From: an uncultured virus (IMG/VR IMGVR_UViG_3300042465_005479)
Taxonomy: Duplodnaviria; Heunggongvirae; Uroviricota; Caudoviricetes
Direction: 5' to 3' (one strand)
DNA length: 64,000 bases
Virus record (IMG/VR): IMGVR_UViG_3300042465_005479
In this document: in pieces, positions 17,900 through 27,913 of the stretch
How positions within the stretch are numbered: the stretch's first letter is position 1
Layout: each line of letters begins with the position of its first letter
Notes under the pieces: generated by a model
Told to the model about the DNA's origin: nothing
The model's input: only the letters and a program-made list of their open reading frames with translations
Databases searched by the model: none
Program-made: the position numbers and the translations under genes

Positions 17900-17946
17900 A
17901 ATAATAAATATCCCATAAATAAAAAACCCCCAATCAAGGGGATTCT

Positions 17947-18234
17947 TTATTTTCCAAAATGTTCTTTAATGATTGCAACACCTTCTTCAATCTCGTTGTA
18001 ATCTCTTTCCGGAGCAAACAGATAACTCTTGTGGTTATCTGTTAGAGGTGATTCAACAATCATAAATGCGGGAACAAATTCATTTTCCGTAATCTCAACA
18101 AACATCTCATATTCATCATTGTGTTCATCGATATCTCTAACCTCAAATGGGATATTTGATTTCGTTAGTTGTTCCTTCATCATATCACAATAAGGACAAC
18201 CTTCCATTGTGAAAAGAATTAGTAACTTATCCAT
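17947..18234 (-). CDS. glutaredoxin-like protein
   Basis: CPYC active site and VP motif. Confidence 0.85.
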   Translation of the reverse strand: MDKLLILFTMEGCPYCDMMKEQLTKSNIPFEVRDIDEHNDEYEMFVEITENEFVPAFMIVESPLTDNHKSYLFAPERDYNEIEEGVAIIKEHFGK

Positions 18235-18550
18235 TGATTAGGTTAGTCACCAATTGTTTAATTTGTCCTTCCATTTGCATTCCCGGTTGAGAATAAACTT
18301 CTTTACCTTCAGAAAATGTTTTAACTGTTGGGATTGCTCTAATACCTAATTTAGCCGCAAATTCTTTGTTTTCCTCAACATTCAATGTGAATAACTGAAC
18401 TTCCGAATTTTCATTTCTGTAATGTTCGGAAACTTTTTCAAATGCGGGTTTCATAACTTTACAAGGTCCACACCACGGAGCCCAAAAGTCAACCACTAAT
18501 TTTTCACCATTGTTAATTTTTTCCTGTAATAATTCTTGTGTAATTTCCAT
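18227..18550 (-). CDS. trxA: thioredoxin
   Basis: VDFWAPWCGPCK, IRAIPT. Confidence 0.95.
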   Translation of the reverse strand: MEITQELLQEKINNGEKLVVDFWAPWCGPCKVMKPAFEKVSEHYRNENSEVQLFTLNVEENKEFAAKLGIRAIPTVKTFSEGKEVYSQPGMQMEGQIKQLVTNLING

Positions 18551-18552
18551 TC

Positions 18553-18876
18553 TTAATCTTTTTTTGTTGTTAATCGTTTTAGTTGTAGTAACAAATACTC
18601 TACTACGTTTTGTTTATCCACTCTTGTTAAAATAAATATCTTAGTTTGTGACTTCCGTAAAATTAAAATTCCCGTAGCATCATATTCGTATAATCTATCT
18701 TTATAAACTATGTCGTGTTCGTTATTTACAAAATAATCAAACCATAATAAAAGTGATTTATTTAATAATTTGTCCGTGTCTTCATTAGACAGGTTTGGAT
18801 ACACTTCAATAATACTTGGTTGTGTTAAGAACCTAGATTTAAACGTATCTATACAATTTTGAGGTATTTCTTTCAT
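18553..18876 (-). CDS. hypothetical protein
   Basis: 107-aa ORF in operon. Confidence 0.7.
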   Translation of the reverse strand: MKEIPQNCIDTFKSRFLTQPSIIEVYPNLSNEDTDKLLNKSLLLWFDYFVNNEHDIVYKDRLYEYDATGILILRKSQTKIFILTRVDKQNVVEYLLLQLKRLTTKKD

Positions 18877-18877
18877 T

Positions 18878-20638
18878 TTAAAAATCTAATGCGTCCGGGT
18901 CATTAAAGACGGGAACAATGTTATAATTATACGAATTTAATTTCATAATTGAATCGTTTTCCCATTCTAATTGAACCCCTTTTGTTATATTTGGAAAAGT
19001 ACCATAATTGTCTCTACTATATTCCCCAATTTTATAATCAGAAAACACTTTTCTCCCCCCAAATTCACCATCAATCTGTAATGTATCAAACAATTTCTCA
19101 CGAACAATATATTCAATTCTATCATCTAATTTACCCAAAACATCATCCCAACTATTATCTAACCTACTGTTACGTTTTCCCAAGGTTTGAACTCGTCTTA
19201 AATTAAAATACATTTCATCCAGCCACACAAGCGGAGTTACTTCAATTTCAATTGACGCTCTTTCTTCAGTTTCTCCCTCACCACGTCTTAGTGATATCAA
19301 CACAGAACCCACACGTTTAACATATGTCTTAACACAATTGTTTTGGAAGAACGACTCGTTGTTATATCGTTTGGATGTTGTTAACACCTCCGGGAAATAT
19401 GGACCATCTTTGGTTAAGATAACCTCATTTATTTTATCTACAAACCCTCGGTTGTAAATTCTATTGAAATCTCCGTTTGTGTAATGGTTATATTTTTCCG
19501 ACCAATCATAATGTTCTTGAACAAACTCATCGTGAGTCCTTGAAGTCCATTTAACCGGTTCCATTTCGTCCAATAAACGATAAAATCTAAAGTGGTCTTC
19601 AATCACATTATTATTAACTAATCCTTTTTGAAATAATTTATATATTTCAAAGAAATTAGAGAATTCTTTTTTGGTTAACAATCCTTTTCCAATATTATTA
19701 TGAAATCCGGGTTGAGACTTCTCCAGTAACAATTGAACAAACTCGTCCGGTTGATTTAAAATAAACTTATCTCCAAATATTGAACAAGCATTGGTTAAAT
19801 TATTTACACCCTCAAATGATTTAACGTTATGTAATACCCTTTTAACTTTATCCCCCTTTAAATTATGAACCCTCATTAGAGCATCAATATACTTATACTC
19901 ACACTTCACCAAATCTTTCTTCTTTGGTTGGGGATAAACATTCATAAGCTCAAACCAATTGTTTGGGACTTTAATTCCTTGAACGTCCAAATATCTTTTA
20001 TAGATTCTTTGTTCAGGAAGTAAATCAGAGTATAGTTCAGTTCCGGGAATGGCGTTAACAAAGGTTGAGATAACCTGATTAACTATTGTTGGGATATCAA
20101 CTTTATCTTTATCAACTATTGAGTTGAATGACTCTCTCAAATATCGTCTCATATTATTGATAGGGTCATTATTAAAAAGGACTCTTCTAATATTTTTACG
20201 ACATTTTCTCTTCAAATGGTAATTATCTAATGAACCGGTATATAACGCATTTGTTTTATAGTTAAAAGTAATGAACCTACAATTAGTTCTTAATTTAAAC
20301 CATTTACCAGCAACACGTCTTGTTTTACTATAATCAAATATCTTGAAGGAAACTTTATCATTCTCTTTAGTCACACAGATAATCGCCCTACTCAAATATA
20401 ATTGAGCAAGTGGGTTTCCGTAATGTTCCACAAATTTTTCTTCTGTATCATAATCCTCCTTAAAAGTAAAGTCACCCCAAGGCGTATAACTTGAGTTTTT
20501 AGTTGAACTCATAGTAGTTTCAATTACCCCCCAAAAATCATCCTGAACCTCTTTTTTAAGAGGTCGAATAGGATTGGTATCCAAGTATTCCGATACTTGA
20601 TATTTCTTTACGGTATAATTAAATAATTCTTCTTTCAT
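18878..20638 (-). CDS. PcfJ-like domain protein (start revised)
   Basis: C-terminal E...QNNCVKTY...ISLR...RASIE; promoter TACTTTTG at 20657-20664. Confidence 0.65.
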   Translation of the reverse strand: MKEELFNYTVKKYQVSEYLDTNPIRPLKKEVQDDFWGVIETTMSSTKNSSYTPWGDFTFKEDYDTEEKFVEHYGNPLAQLYLSRAIICVTKENDKVSFKIFDYSKTRRVAGKWFKLRTNCRFITFNYKTNALYTGSLDNYHLKRKCRKNIRRVLFNNDPINNMRRYLRESFNSIVDKDKVDIPTIVNQVISTFVNAIPGTELYSDLLPEQRIYKRYLDVQGIKVPNNWFELMNVYPQPKKKDLVKCEYKYIDALMRVHNLKGDKVKRVLHNVKSFEGVNNLTNACSIFGDKFILNQPDEFVQLLLEKSQPGFHNNIGKGLLTKKEFSNFFEIYKLFQKGLVNNNVIEDHFRFYRLLDEMEPVKWTSRTHDEFVQEHYDWSEKYNHYTNGDFNRIYNRGFVDKINEVILTKDGPYFPEVLTTSKRYNNESFFQNNCVKTYVKRVGSVLISLRRGEGETEERASIEIEVTPLVWLDEMYFNLRRVQTLGKRNSRLDNSWDDVLGKLDDRIEYIVREKLFDTLQIDGEFGGRKVFSDYKIGEYSRDNYGTFPNITKGVQLEWENDSIMKLNSYNYNIVPVFNDPDALDF

Positions 20639-20688
20639 CAGGTTTATTTTGAACCACAAAAGTAAGATATTAAATTTGAATATACAAA

Positions 20689-20979
20689 TTAATTAAGGGA
20701 AAAATGTCCGAATTGTGTGTGATAAATTATGGACTTAATCTTATCCATATCAACCTCATCATTTTGAGATTGTTTAAGAGCCACAACAATAGATATAATT
20801 TGTTTTTGGGTTAAGGAAACATCCTCACCGTTATTAACATTATCCAAAGATTGTTGTTTAACTCTGTCGTAGAAGTCGTCCTTCAAAACATCCCCAATTA
20901 ACTCAAGTAAGTCATTGGGGTTGTTATTAAAGAAAGTTATAAATTGATTAATGTAGATTTCAACGTCAACATTTTTCAT
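20689..20979 (-). CDS. hypothetical protein
   Basis: 96-aa ORF. Confidence 0.7.
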   Translation of the reverse strand: MKNVDVEIYINQFITFFNNNPNDLLELIGDVLKDDFYDRVKQQSLDNVNNGEDVSLTQKQIISIVVALKQSQNDEVDMDKIKSIIYHTQFGHFSLN

Positions 20980-20997
20980 AGTAGTATTTTTTTTAAA

Positions 20998-22389
20998 TTA
21001 TTCTTCCATATGGTAGAAACCTTCACCCGTATTGTATTGTTCTAACGCTTTTGGCACTTGAACATTAGGACATCTACTTACATTCACAAATGTAAGGTTT
21101 GGTAAATTCATAATACATTCCGGAATTGTTTTCAATTCTTTGTTACCCGGAACAGCGATAAACACCAAGTTCTTTAATTCACAGATTGAGTTTGGAAGTT
21201 TACTAATCATATTCTCAAACAATATTGCTGTTAATGATTGGAATCTACTGATTGACTCAGGAACATCAATTGTAACACTTTCTGTTGAAGTGTTAATAAT
21301 GTTCAATCTTTTAATTGTTATAGGTAATGATGTAAATAATTCATCAAATCCGTATAAAGCCACGAACTTACCTGTAGCAGAGTCCGGGTATTTAATTTCA
21401 ACATTATCAGAATTTGGTTTAACAAATCCAGCCGCAAACTCAGGTTTGAATATTTCTTTAAACTCAGACCATTTACCATTCAAATACTCAACAACCGGAA
21501 TGTTACCACCGTGTTGGTTAGCAAATTTAAATTGGTTAGATGGGAAGTGGAATTGATATCTTTCTGATGGTAACCCCGTAACTTGACCAACCTTACCTTT
21601 ATCATCATTAGCAATAAAGATATATAATGGACCTTGTTGTCTGTAAGTGTTTGAATAACTTGAATTTTCTGCTGCCGTACACCAGTTAGTTTCACCTCTA
21701 TCAAGTCCTCCACTATAACCACCGAAATAAGATGCCGCTTTAGAACCTAAAGCACCTTTGTCAGCAATTTTAATTAGTGTGTATTCAGAACCAACTTTTA
21801 AAATTTCAGCTCCGGGAATATTAAAGTTTGTGTTAGCAGCAACACCTTCTTCTTTCTTAATTTTTTTACCACGATACATATTTAAATCAACCGTTTCATC
21901 ACCCACTTTAACTTTCAAGTGAGATAAATCATTAAGTGATTTAACATTGTTAATGTCTTTTTTAGCGGCATCCTCTAAACTACCTTTAAATCTATCATAT
22001 TTCACTAATAATTCAGTGAATTGAGATAAATCTTCTAAGAAAAGTCGTCTGTATTCAGTCGCCTTTGATTTATACTCATCAGTCCCAACCTCAATTGGTT
22101 CATTAGAACCTTCTCTAGTTATGTATGGTTTAACAAATAGATTCAACAACCATTGGGTATATTTACCAACTTTAATTTTGTCACTTGTCATATCCTCAAT
22201 AGACGCACCTTCCTTATCGTAGTTCTCAGGAACTCTCGTTGTTGGGTCAGCGAAAACAATTTGTTTAACAACCTCAAATGGTAGTAAACCTTTTTTTCTA
22301 TCACCACTAGGTAACACATATTTTTTGTATAAAATTTGAAAACGAGCGTCTTCAGTAACTAAGTTCGATAATACTTTTGTAATCTTCAT
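20998..22389 (-). CDS. LRR-containing late protein, paralog 1
   Basis: NWCTAA domain; C-terminal LPNSICELKNL / IPECIMNLPNL repeats. Confidence 0.8.
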   Translation of the reverse strand: MKITKVLSNLVTEDARFQILYKKYVLPSGDRKKGLLPFEVVKQIVFADPTTRVPENYDKEGASIEDMTSDKIKVGKYTQWLLNLFVKPYITREGSNEPIEVGTDEYKSKATEYRRLFLEDLSQFTELLVKYDRFKGSLEDAAKKDINNVKSLNDLSHLKVKVGDETVDLNMYRGKKIKKEEGVAANTNFNIPGAEILKVGSEYTLIKIADKGALGSKAASYFGGYSGGLDRGETNWCTAAENSSYSNTYRQQGPLYIFIANDDKGKVGQVTGLPSERYQFHFPSNQFKFANQHGGNIPVVEYLNGKWSEFKEIFKPEFAAGFVKPNSDNVEIKYPDSATGKFVALYGFDELFTSLPITIKRLNIINTSTESVTIDVPESISRFQSLTAILFENMISKLPNSICELKNLVFIAVPGNKELKTIPECIMNLPNLTFVNVSRCPNVQVPKALEQYNTGEGFYHMEE

Positions 22390-22424
22390 TTTAATTGTTT
22401 TTTTGTTATAAATATTTTCTTTAT

Positions 22425-23822
22425 CTATTCTTCCATATGGTAATAACCATTACCTTCATTATATTTTTCCAATTCTTTTGGTACTTGAACATTAGGACAT
22501 CCGTTTACATTTAAAAATGTAAAGTTTTTTAATGACAGTATACAATCCGGAACTGATTTTAATTCTTTATTATCAGGGAAAGCCAATAACGTCAAGTTCT
22601 TCAACTCACAGATGTTATCAGGAATTGAACTAATCATATTCTGAAACATCACCGCCACTAACGATTTAAACCTAACAATTGACTTAGGAAGTGCTACACT
22701 AATGTTTTCATTTGAAGTGTTAACAATATTTAATTTTTTAATCGTGTCCGGTAACGCCTCAAATAATTCTTCAAACCCATATAACGCAACAAATCTACCT
22801 GTTTCATCAGATGGATATCTAATGTTAACGTTTTCACTATTTGGTGTAACAAACCCTTTAGCAAATTCAGGTTTCAATATTTCTTTAAATTCACTCCATT
22901 TACCATTTAAAAATTCAACAATTGGGACATTACCCTCAGCAGAATATTGGTCACGAGATTTAAATTGACTCGGTGCTGGAAAGTGAAGTTGATATCTTTC
23001 TGTAGGTAATCCTGTTACCTCACCTACTTTACCTTTATCGTCATTAGCCATAATAATATATAATGGACCTTTTTGTCTATATCTATGTGAGTGGTCAGAA
23101 CCTGTTGCTGCCGTACACCAATTAGACTCACCTCTTGCTAATCCTCCTTCGTAACCTCCAAAATAAGAAGCCGCCTTAGAACCTAAGTCACCTTTATCAG
23201 AAATTCTAATCAAGGTATATTCTGAACCAACCTTTAATATTTCCGCACCGGGAAAATTAAAGTTTGTTTTAACGTCAGCACCTTTTTCGTTTTTAACTTT
23301 TTTACCACGATACACAGCCAAATCAACTGTTGTATCACCATACTCAACTTGTAATTGAGATAATTCGTTAATAGATTTAACATTATTAATATCTTTCTTA
23401 GACGCATCTACTAAACTACCTTTGAATCTTTCAAATTTTGTTAGTAATTCAGTAAAGTAATGTAAATCTTCTAAAAAAAGTTTTCTATATTGATTTGCCT
23501 TTGATTTATATTCGTCAGTATTAACTTCTATAACATCATTATTGTCATTAGTTAAATGTGGTTTAATAAACATATTTAACATCCATTGACTATATTTCCC
23601 AACCTTAATTTGATTACTTAACATATCTTCAACGGACGCACCATTTTTGTCATAGTTAACCGGAACTCTTGTTGTTGGGTCAGCAAAAACTATTTGCTTA
23701 ACAATTTCAAAAGGAAGTAATCCTTTTTTTCTATCACCACTAGGTAGTATATATTTATTATAAAATACCTGAAAACGAGCGTCTTCAGTTATTAAATTTG
23801 AAAGTACTTGGATAATCTTCAT
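22425..23822 (-). CDS. LRR-containing late protein, paralog 2
   Basis: Colinear with 20998-22389 along its whole length. Confidence 0.8.
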   Translation of the reverse strand: MKIIQVLSNLITEDARFQVFYNKYILPSGDRKKGLLPFEIVKQIVFADPTTRVPVNYDKNGASVEDMLSNQIKVGKYSQWMLNMFIKPHLTNDNNDVIEVNTDEYKSKANQYRKLFLEDLHYFTELLTKFERFKGSLVDASKKDINNVKSINELSQLQVEYGDTTVDLAVYRGKKVKNEKGADVKTNFNFPGAEILKVGSEYTLIRISDKGDLGSKAASYFGGYEGGLARGESNWCTAATGSDHSHRYRQKGPLYIIMANDDKGKVGEVTGLPTERYQLHFPAPSQFKSRDQYSAEGNVPIVEFLNGKWSEFKEILKPEFAKGFVTPNSENVNIRYPSDETGRFVALYGFEELFEALPDTIKKLNIVNTSNENISVALPKSIVRFKSLVAVMFQNMISSIPDNICELKNLTLLAFPDNKELKSVPDCILSLKNFTFLNVNGCPNVQVPKELEKYNEGNGYYHMEE

Positions 23823-23895
23823 TTAATTGTTTTTATTATAAATATTTGTTTTTTGTAAATAATCTAACAAACGTTATTTTCTTTATTCAACGGGA

Positions 23896-23926
23896 CAAAG
23901 ATAAGACATATTTTTAATTATCCAAA
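23896..23926 (-). promoter_or_regulatory. Bacteroidota-type promoter TTTG-N19-TATCTTTG
   Basis: Exact consensus; a TATTTAT motif also lies at 23838-23844. Confidence 0.8.
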
Positions 23927-24775
23927 CTATTTTCGGTAATTCATAATAAGAAGTTCTTCCCCCATATTTTGAGTCTTACCTTTCTTAGCCGCAGCCGCCT
24001 TAGCAAATTCTTTCTTTTCCCACACATATTGAGTCTGAGGGAACCAAGTATGTAACTGAGGAAAATCATAGTAAGATAAAGAGAACTTCCCTTGAATACC
24101 TTTTAAACAATCTGCAAGTCTCTCGTGGTCAGCACTATCAAAGTCGTGGTTGTTATAATAGTTCTCTGTTTTCCAATATGGTGGGTCAGCATAAACATAT
24201 GTAGATGGGTTATCATACTTTTGAATAACCTCTTCAAAGTCCATATTCTCAACCTTAGTAATTTTTAAGAAATGTTCCACCCAATCAGGTTTAGATAACT
24301 TATCTCTGAATGTTAGATACTTTGATTTGTATTTCCCTTTCAAGTCAATAAACGAACTTGTTTCAGGTTTAGAGCCCGAGAATACCTGAGCCAACACATA
24401 AGCGTATTTAGCCGCAACTACATAATCGTAAGCCTGTACGCTGAAATTGGTTTCAAATATTTCAGCCTGAAACCTGATAAATTGTTCTTTATAGATGTCC
24501 GGTGTCGGAAACTCATTTCTTTGTTGACAAGGAATTGAGTTAACAACTTCCAATAATCTCTCAGGATTCTGAAGACACTGAAATAAATTGTAGTTAAGTG
24601 GATTGAAGTCATTGTAGACAACTTCTTTTAGATTTGGGTATTTGGATAAGTCCATATTAAAGAATACCCAAAACATACCTGAAAATGGTTCCACGTATGT
24701 TTCAATGTCTTGAGGTATAAACGGAACAATCCATTTACCTATCTTTGATTTACCCCCGATGTATGATAATGCCAT
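23927..24775 (-). CDS. dam: DNA adenine methyltransferase (Dam/D12 class)
   Basis: YIGGKS, YVEPFSG, YNDFN, DPPY. Confidence 0.9.
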   Translation of the reverse strand: MALSYIGGKSKIGKWIVPFIPQDIETYVEPFSGMFWVFFNMDLSKYPNLKEVVYNDFNPLNYNLFQCLQNPERLLEVVNSIPCQQRNEFPTPDIYKEQFIRFQAEIFETNFSVQAYDYVVAAKYAYVLAQVFSGSKPETSSFIDLKGKYKSKYLTFRDKLSKPDWVEHFLKITKVENMDFEEVIQKYDNPSTYVYADPPYWKTENYYNNHDFDSADHERLADCLKGIQGKFSLSYYDFPQLHTWFPQTQYVWEKKEFAKAAAAKKGKTQNMGEELLIMNYRK

Positions 24776-24874
24776 AATTTTTCTTTTTTTAAAGTATAAG
24801 AAATAAAAAGTGAAAAAGCAAGTTTCTCTTTTAAAAAATTTTTACTATATTTGTTTTAAATTAATATTATTACT

Positions 24875-25090
24875 ATGGAAACAGTTGAAGGACAAATTAT
24901 TGAAGAAAGAGACATCATAGATGTTACACCTGAACAACCTGAACAACCTGAAGAGGAATGTAAAACCTGTAAACAAAGAGGTTTAACTAAAGGGCAGTGG
25001 ATTATGTTATCAGCATCATTTTACATATTGTTCTCCGCGATATACGGAACAATAAAAATAATCCAAGAATTACTTCAATATATCCCATAA
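24875..25090 (+). CDS. small membrane protein with CxxC
   Basis: CKTC followed by TM helix; TATATTTG at 24846-24853. Confidence 0.7.
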   Translation: METVEGQIIEERDIIDVTPEQPEQPEEECKTCKQRGLTKGQWIMLSASFYILFSAIYGTIKIIQELLQYIP

Positions 25091-25109
25091 AAAAACCCCT
25101 TTATAGGGG

Positions 25110-26030
25110 TTATCTTTTAAACTTAACAAATAGTTTTATATATAAATCACCTCTACCGTGATATCCTTTACCTTTAACTCGTAATGGTTTTGACGTGTCA
25201 AACTCCTGTGGTAGTTTAATTGAAATGTCCCCTAAAGGATGGGGAACTTTAACACTACCTAATTTAATAGTATTTAAATCAAAATAAGCATTATAGATTA
25301 AATCCTCCATTGATTTTTCAAAATTATTTTCCGGGATAATGTTAACTTTAATTACTAAATTACCGTACATCCCATCTCTAAAATCTCCTTTACCTTGAAC
25401 TCTTAAAAATTGACCCTCATCAATTCCGTGTGGTAATTTAATTGATATGGTTTCCTTTGAGGATGTTGTTGTGGTTCCGTGACAAGTACCACAAGTTGTT
25501 CTATATGTAAAACCTCTACCACTACAACTACCACAATGTGTTCTAATTATTTGTGTAAATAATCCGGTTCCAATTTGTTGAGTAATCATTCCTTGTCCAT
25601 TACAAGTAGAACAAGTTATTTTTTCACCACCTGTTCCATTACACCCACCACAATTATGGTTTCGCTCATATGTAATGTTTTTTTCACCTCCCAAGAAAGA
25701 TTCAACAGCATTAACAACCACCTCAATTATCTTATCCGGGACAGCACGTTTTCTTTGAGTGTGCATTTGGTTAAACATCTCCTCAAACGGATTAAATCCT
25801 CCTCCACCACCACCACCCATATTAGCAAAGGGGTTTCTTTTTTGGTTATCGTATTGACTTCGTTTATTTTCGTCGCCTATCGTATCATACGCCTCTGAAA
25901 TCTTTTTAAACTTATTTTCATCACCACCTTTATCCGGGTGATGTTCTACAGCTAACTTCCTATAAGCCTTCTTTATTTCGTCCTGTGTGGCATTTTGGTT
26001 AACACCTAATATTTGATAAAAATCTTCCAT
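25110..26030 (-). CDS. dnaJ: DnaJ chaperone
   Basis: J-domain with HPD, G/F region, four CxxCxGxG-type motifs. Confidence 0.95.
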   Translation of the reverse strand: MEDFYQILGVNQNATQDEIKKAYRKLAVEHHPDKGGDENKFKKISEAYDTIGDENKRSQYDNQKRNPFANMGGGGGGGFNPFEEMFNQMHTQRKRAVPDKIIEVVVNAVESFLGGEKNITYERNHNCGGCNGTGGEKITCSTCNGQGMITQQIGTGLFTQIIRTHCGSCSGRGFTYRTTCGTCHGTTTTSSKETISIKLPHGIDEGQFLRVQGKGDFRDGMYGNLVIKVNIIPENNFEKSMEDLIYNAYFDLNTIKLGSVKVPHPLGDISIKLPQEFDTSKPLRVKGKGYHGRGDLYIKLFVKFKR

Positions 26031-26068
26031 TCTTTACTTCTACTATATTTAAAGTTAAATTATTTATT

Positions 26069-26713
26069 ATGAATTATTTAATTGTTCTATTTAAAAATAA
26101 AGTAAAAAAGAAAATAATCAAGAAGTTTAAGACCTCAAATAGAGCAAATAACTTCTACGAATCTTTATTGGATAATAGTAACAACGTATTGTTTAACAAA
26201 CAATATGAAAATGGATTTTCTTTTAATTATGAAATTGCCATCCTCGAAAAGGTATCGGGAACTTTTCTACCTGTATTTTTAAAAGATGAGTTAGGAAGAA
26301 ATGTAAAAGTGAATTTAGATGATGAAGATTTTTCAATTAAAAAAATCACCACATACCATACTGAAGAAAATATTTTAGACACTACTTTAAATAAAAAAAT
26401 AAACTCAAAAGAGTTTATTAAATTATATTTGGACCCACCGGGACTTAAATTAGTATCAAAATTAAATAATAAAATTATTGTTCAAAATGACGATAAATTT
26501 AATTTATTTACATTGAAGAATGATTACGACTCAAGTAGATTTATTGATGTGATATCTGAATTCTTTATAGAACAAAAAAGATATGACACTATGTTTGTTA
26601 AAGATTATTCTAACGCTCAAAGAAAATACTTATACAATTTATTAATTGAGAATGGGTTTTCTAAGAATTACTTACAGCGTCAGACAACGACCCATCCTTC
26701 AATAAAAACATAA
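26069..26713 (+). CDS. hypothetical protein
   Basis: 214-aa ORF. Confidence 0.7.
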   Translation: MNYLIVLFKNKVKKKIIKKFKTSNRANNFYESLLDNSNNVLFNKQYENGFSFNYEIAILEKVSGTFLPVFLKDELGRNVKVNLDDEDFSIKKITTYHTEENILDTTLNKKINSKEFIKLYLDPPGLKLVSKLNNKIIVQNDDKFNLFTLKNDYDSSRFIDVISEFFIEQKRYDTMFVKDYSNAQRKYLYNLLIENGFSKNYLQRQTTTHPSIKT

Positions 26714-26912
26714 ATTCAACACCGGACATATCAATCTTAAATTGTTTGAAATCTCTATCAACATCTCTAAAGTTTTTTTGAACTTTCTTATAATCATCGT
26801 AGTTAAGTTCCATCGCAATCGCCATAGTCCCATCCGGAAATAATGTTTGTAATCCATCTGCAACAAGCGCCAACTTTTCAATTATCCCATCAATACTTTT
26901 ATTCTCTGCCAT
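26661..26912 (-). CDS. hypothetical protein
   Basis: 83-aa ORF. Confidence 0.6.
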   Translation of the reverse strand: MAENKSIDGIIEKLALVADGLQTLFPDGTMAIAMELNYDDYKKVQKNFRDVDRDFKQFKIDMSGVEFMFLLKDGSLSDAVSNS

Positions 26913-27076
26913 AATGTTAATTTTTTAGGTGGTTCAGGTTGTTTTGGTACAACATCTTCTTTACGAATTTGTTTAATTTTATCAATTAAAATTTCCTTAT
27001 CTCGTTTTAAGATAAGGTCATTTTTAATTATATCACGATTCAGTAACTCCAATTCCTTTAACGCTTTCTTCCCCAT
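26882..27076 (-). CDS. hypothetical protein
   Basis: 64-aa ORF ending KKLTLWQRIK. Confidence 0.55.
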   Translation of the reverse strand: MGKKALKELELLNRDIIKNDLILKRDKEILIDKIKQIRKEDVVPKQPEPPKKLTLWQRIKVLMG

Positions 27077-27467
27077 CGTCTAATTTTATTTTTTTTGTCT
27101 TTGGTCTCATCTCAAAACTTAAATCTTTTAAATTTGTTAAATTTTGTCTCTCAAATATTGACTTTAATTCGTTAACTTTATTTTGGAATAACCTATCTTT
27201 TTCTTCTAACTCAAGATTGTATTGTATAATACTTTTTAAATTACTAGAAATAATCCCCACATTTTCTTCAGATATTTCCGAAACAAATGAAAAAAATCGA
27301 TGTTCTTCAATTTTACTAGTTTGTTCCATTACCTTTTCTTCATCTACATATTTTTTAGGTAACTTCCAAGATGTTGGGAAACTAACGTCAAAACTTAAAT
27401 AGTTTTCTAATTTTCTAACAGACTGTAAATAAGGTAATAGAGATGAAAATTCTTTATATAAACTCAT
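27033..27467 (-). CDS. hypothetical protein (start revised)
   Basis: ATG at 27467 follows the upstream stop. Confidence 0.7.
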   Translation of the reverse strand: MSLYKEFSSLLPYLQSVRKLENYLSFDVSFPTSWKLPKKYVDEEKVMEQTSKIEEHRFFSFVSEISEENVGIISSNLKSIIQYNLELEEKDRLFQNKVNELKSIFERQNLTNLKDLSFEMRPKTKKIKLDDGEESVKGIGVTES

Positions 27468-27469
27468 AA

Positions 27470-27658
27470 TTAATTTTTTATAATATATGTTAAGCAATAT
27501 GTAATTGCCAATCCAAGAAAGATAAGTTCCCATTTCCCCCATACAATTGGTTTTGGTGGGTTTGAAAATAGGGAACTCATTATTCTACCAACTGTCTTAA
27601 CAACAGTTAACGTTGAAAAGATAAATACAAATAAATAAATTGTATTAATATCCGTCAT
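27470..27658 (-). CDS. small two-TM membrane protein
   Basis: Two hydrophobic helices; TAATG coupling with upstream gene. Confidence 0.7.
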   Translation of the reverse strand: MTDINTIYLFVFIFSTLTVVKTVGRIMSSLFSNPPKPIVWGKWELIFLGLAITYCLTYIIKN

Positions 27659-27834
27659 TATTCTCCCCCTTTTCTTTCAGATAAAATCTCTTTTCTTAGA
27701 CCATCTAATAATTTTTTTAAATCTTGTGCTGATTTTCTAGCTCTTGTTCCGGCGCTATTATTACCACCGAAAAATTTTGTTGTGTCTACTGATAGTTCTT
27801 CTACCAATGACTTAATTTGTTCTAACGTTTCCAT
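27658..27834 (-). CDS. histone H1-like (Hc1 family) protein (not in ORF track)
   Basis: 58 aa METLEQIKSLVEELSVDTTKFFGGNNSAGTRARKSAQDLKKLLDGLRKEILSERKGGE; GN.sAGTRARK motif. Confidence 0.8.
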   Translation of the reverse strand: METLEQIKSLVEELSVDTTKFFGGNNSAGTRARKSAQDLKKLLDGLRKEILSERKGGE

Positions 27835-27913
27835 CTGAATAATTTTAATTTATTTATTTTTTATAATAGTAAAAGTAATTTTTTTTACCCTATAGTAAAT
27901 ACTATCACCCTTT

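Noticed and set aside
20998..23822. Paralog pair as DGR template/variable repeats
   Set aside because: Divergence spans whole genes and is not adenine-specific; no reverse transcriptase in the window
26061..26067. TATTTAT next to the 26069 start
   Set aside because: Only 1 nt from the ATG, unlike other copies; probably a chance match
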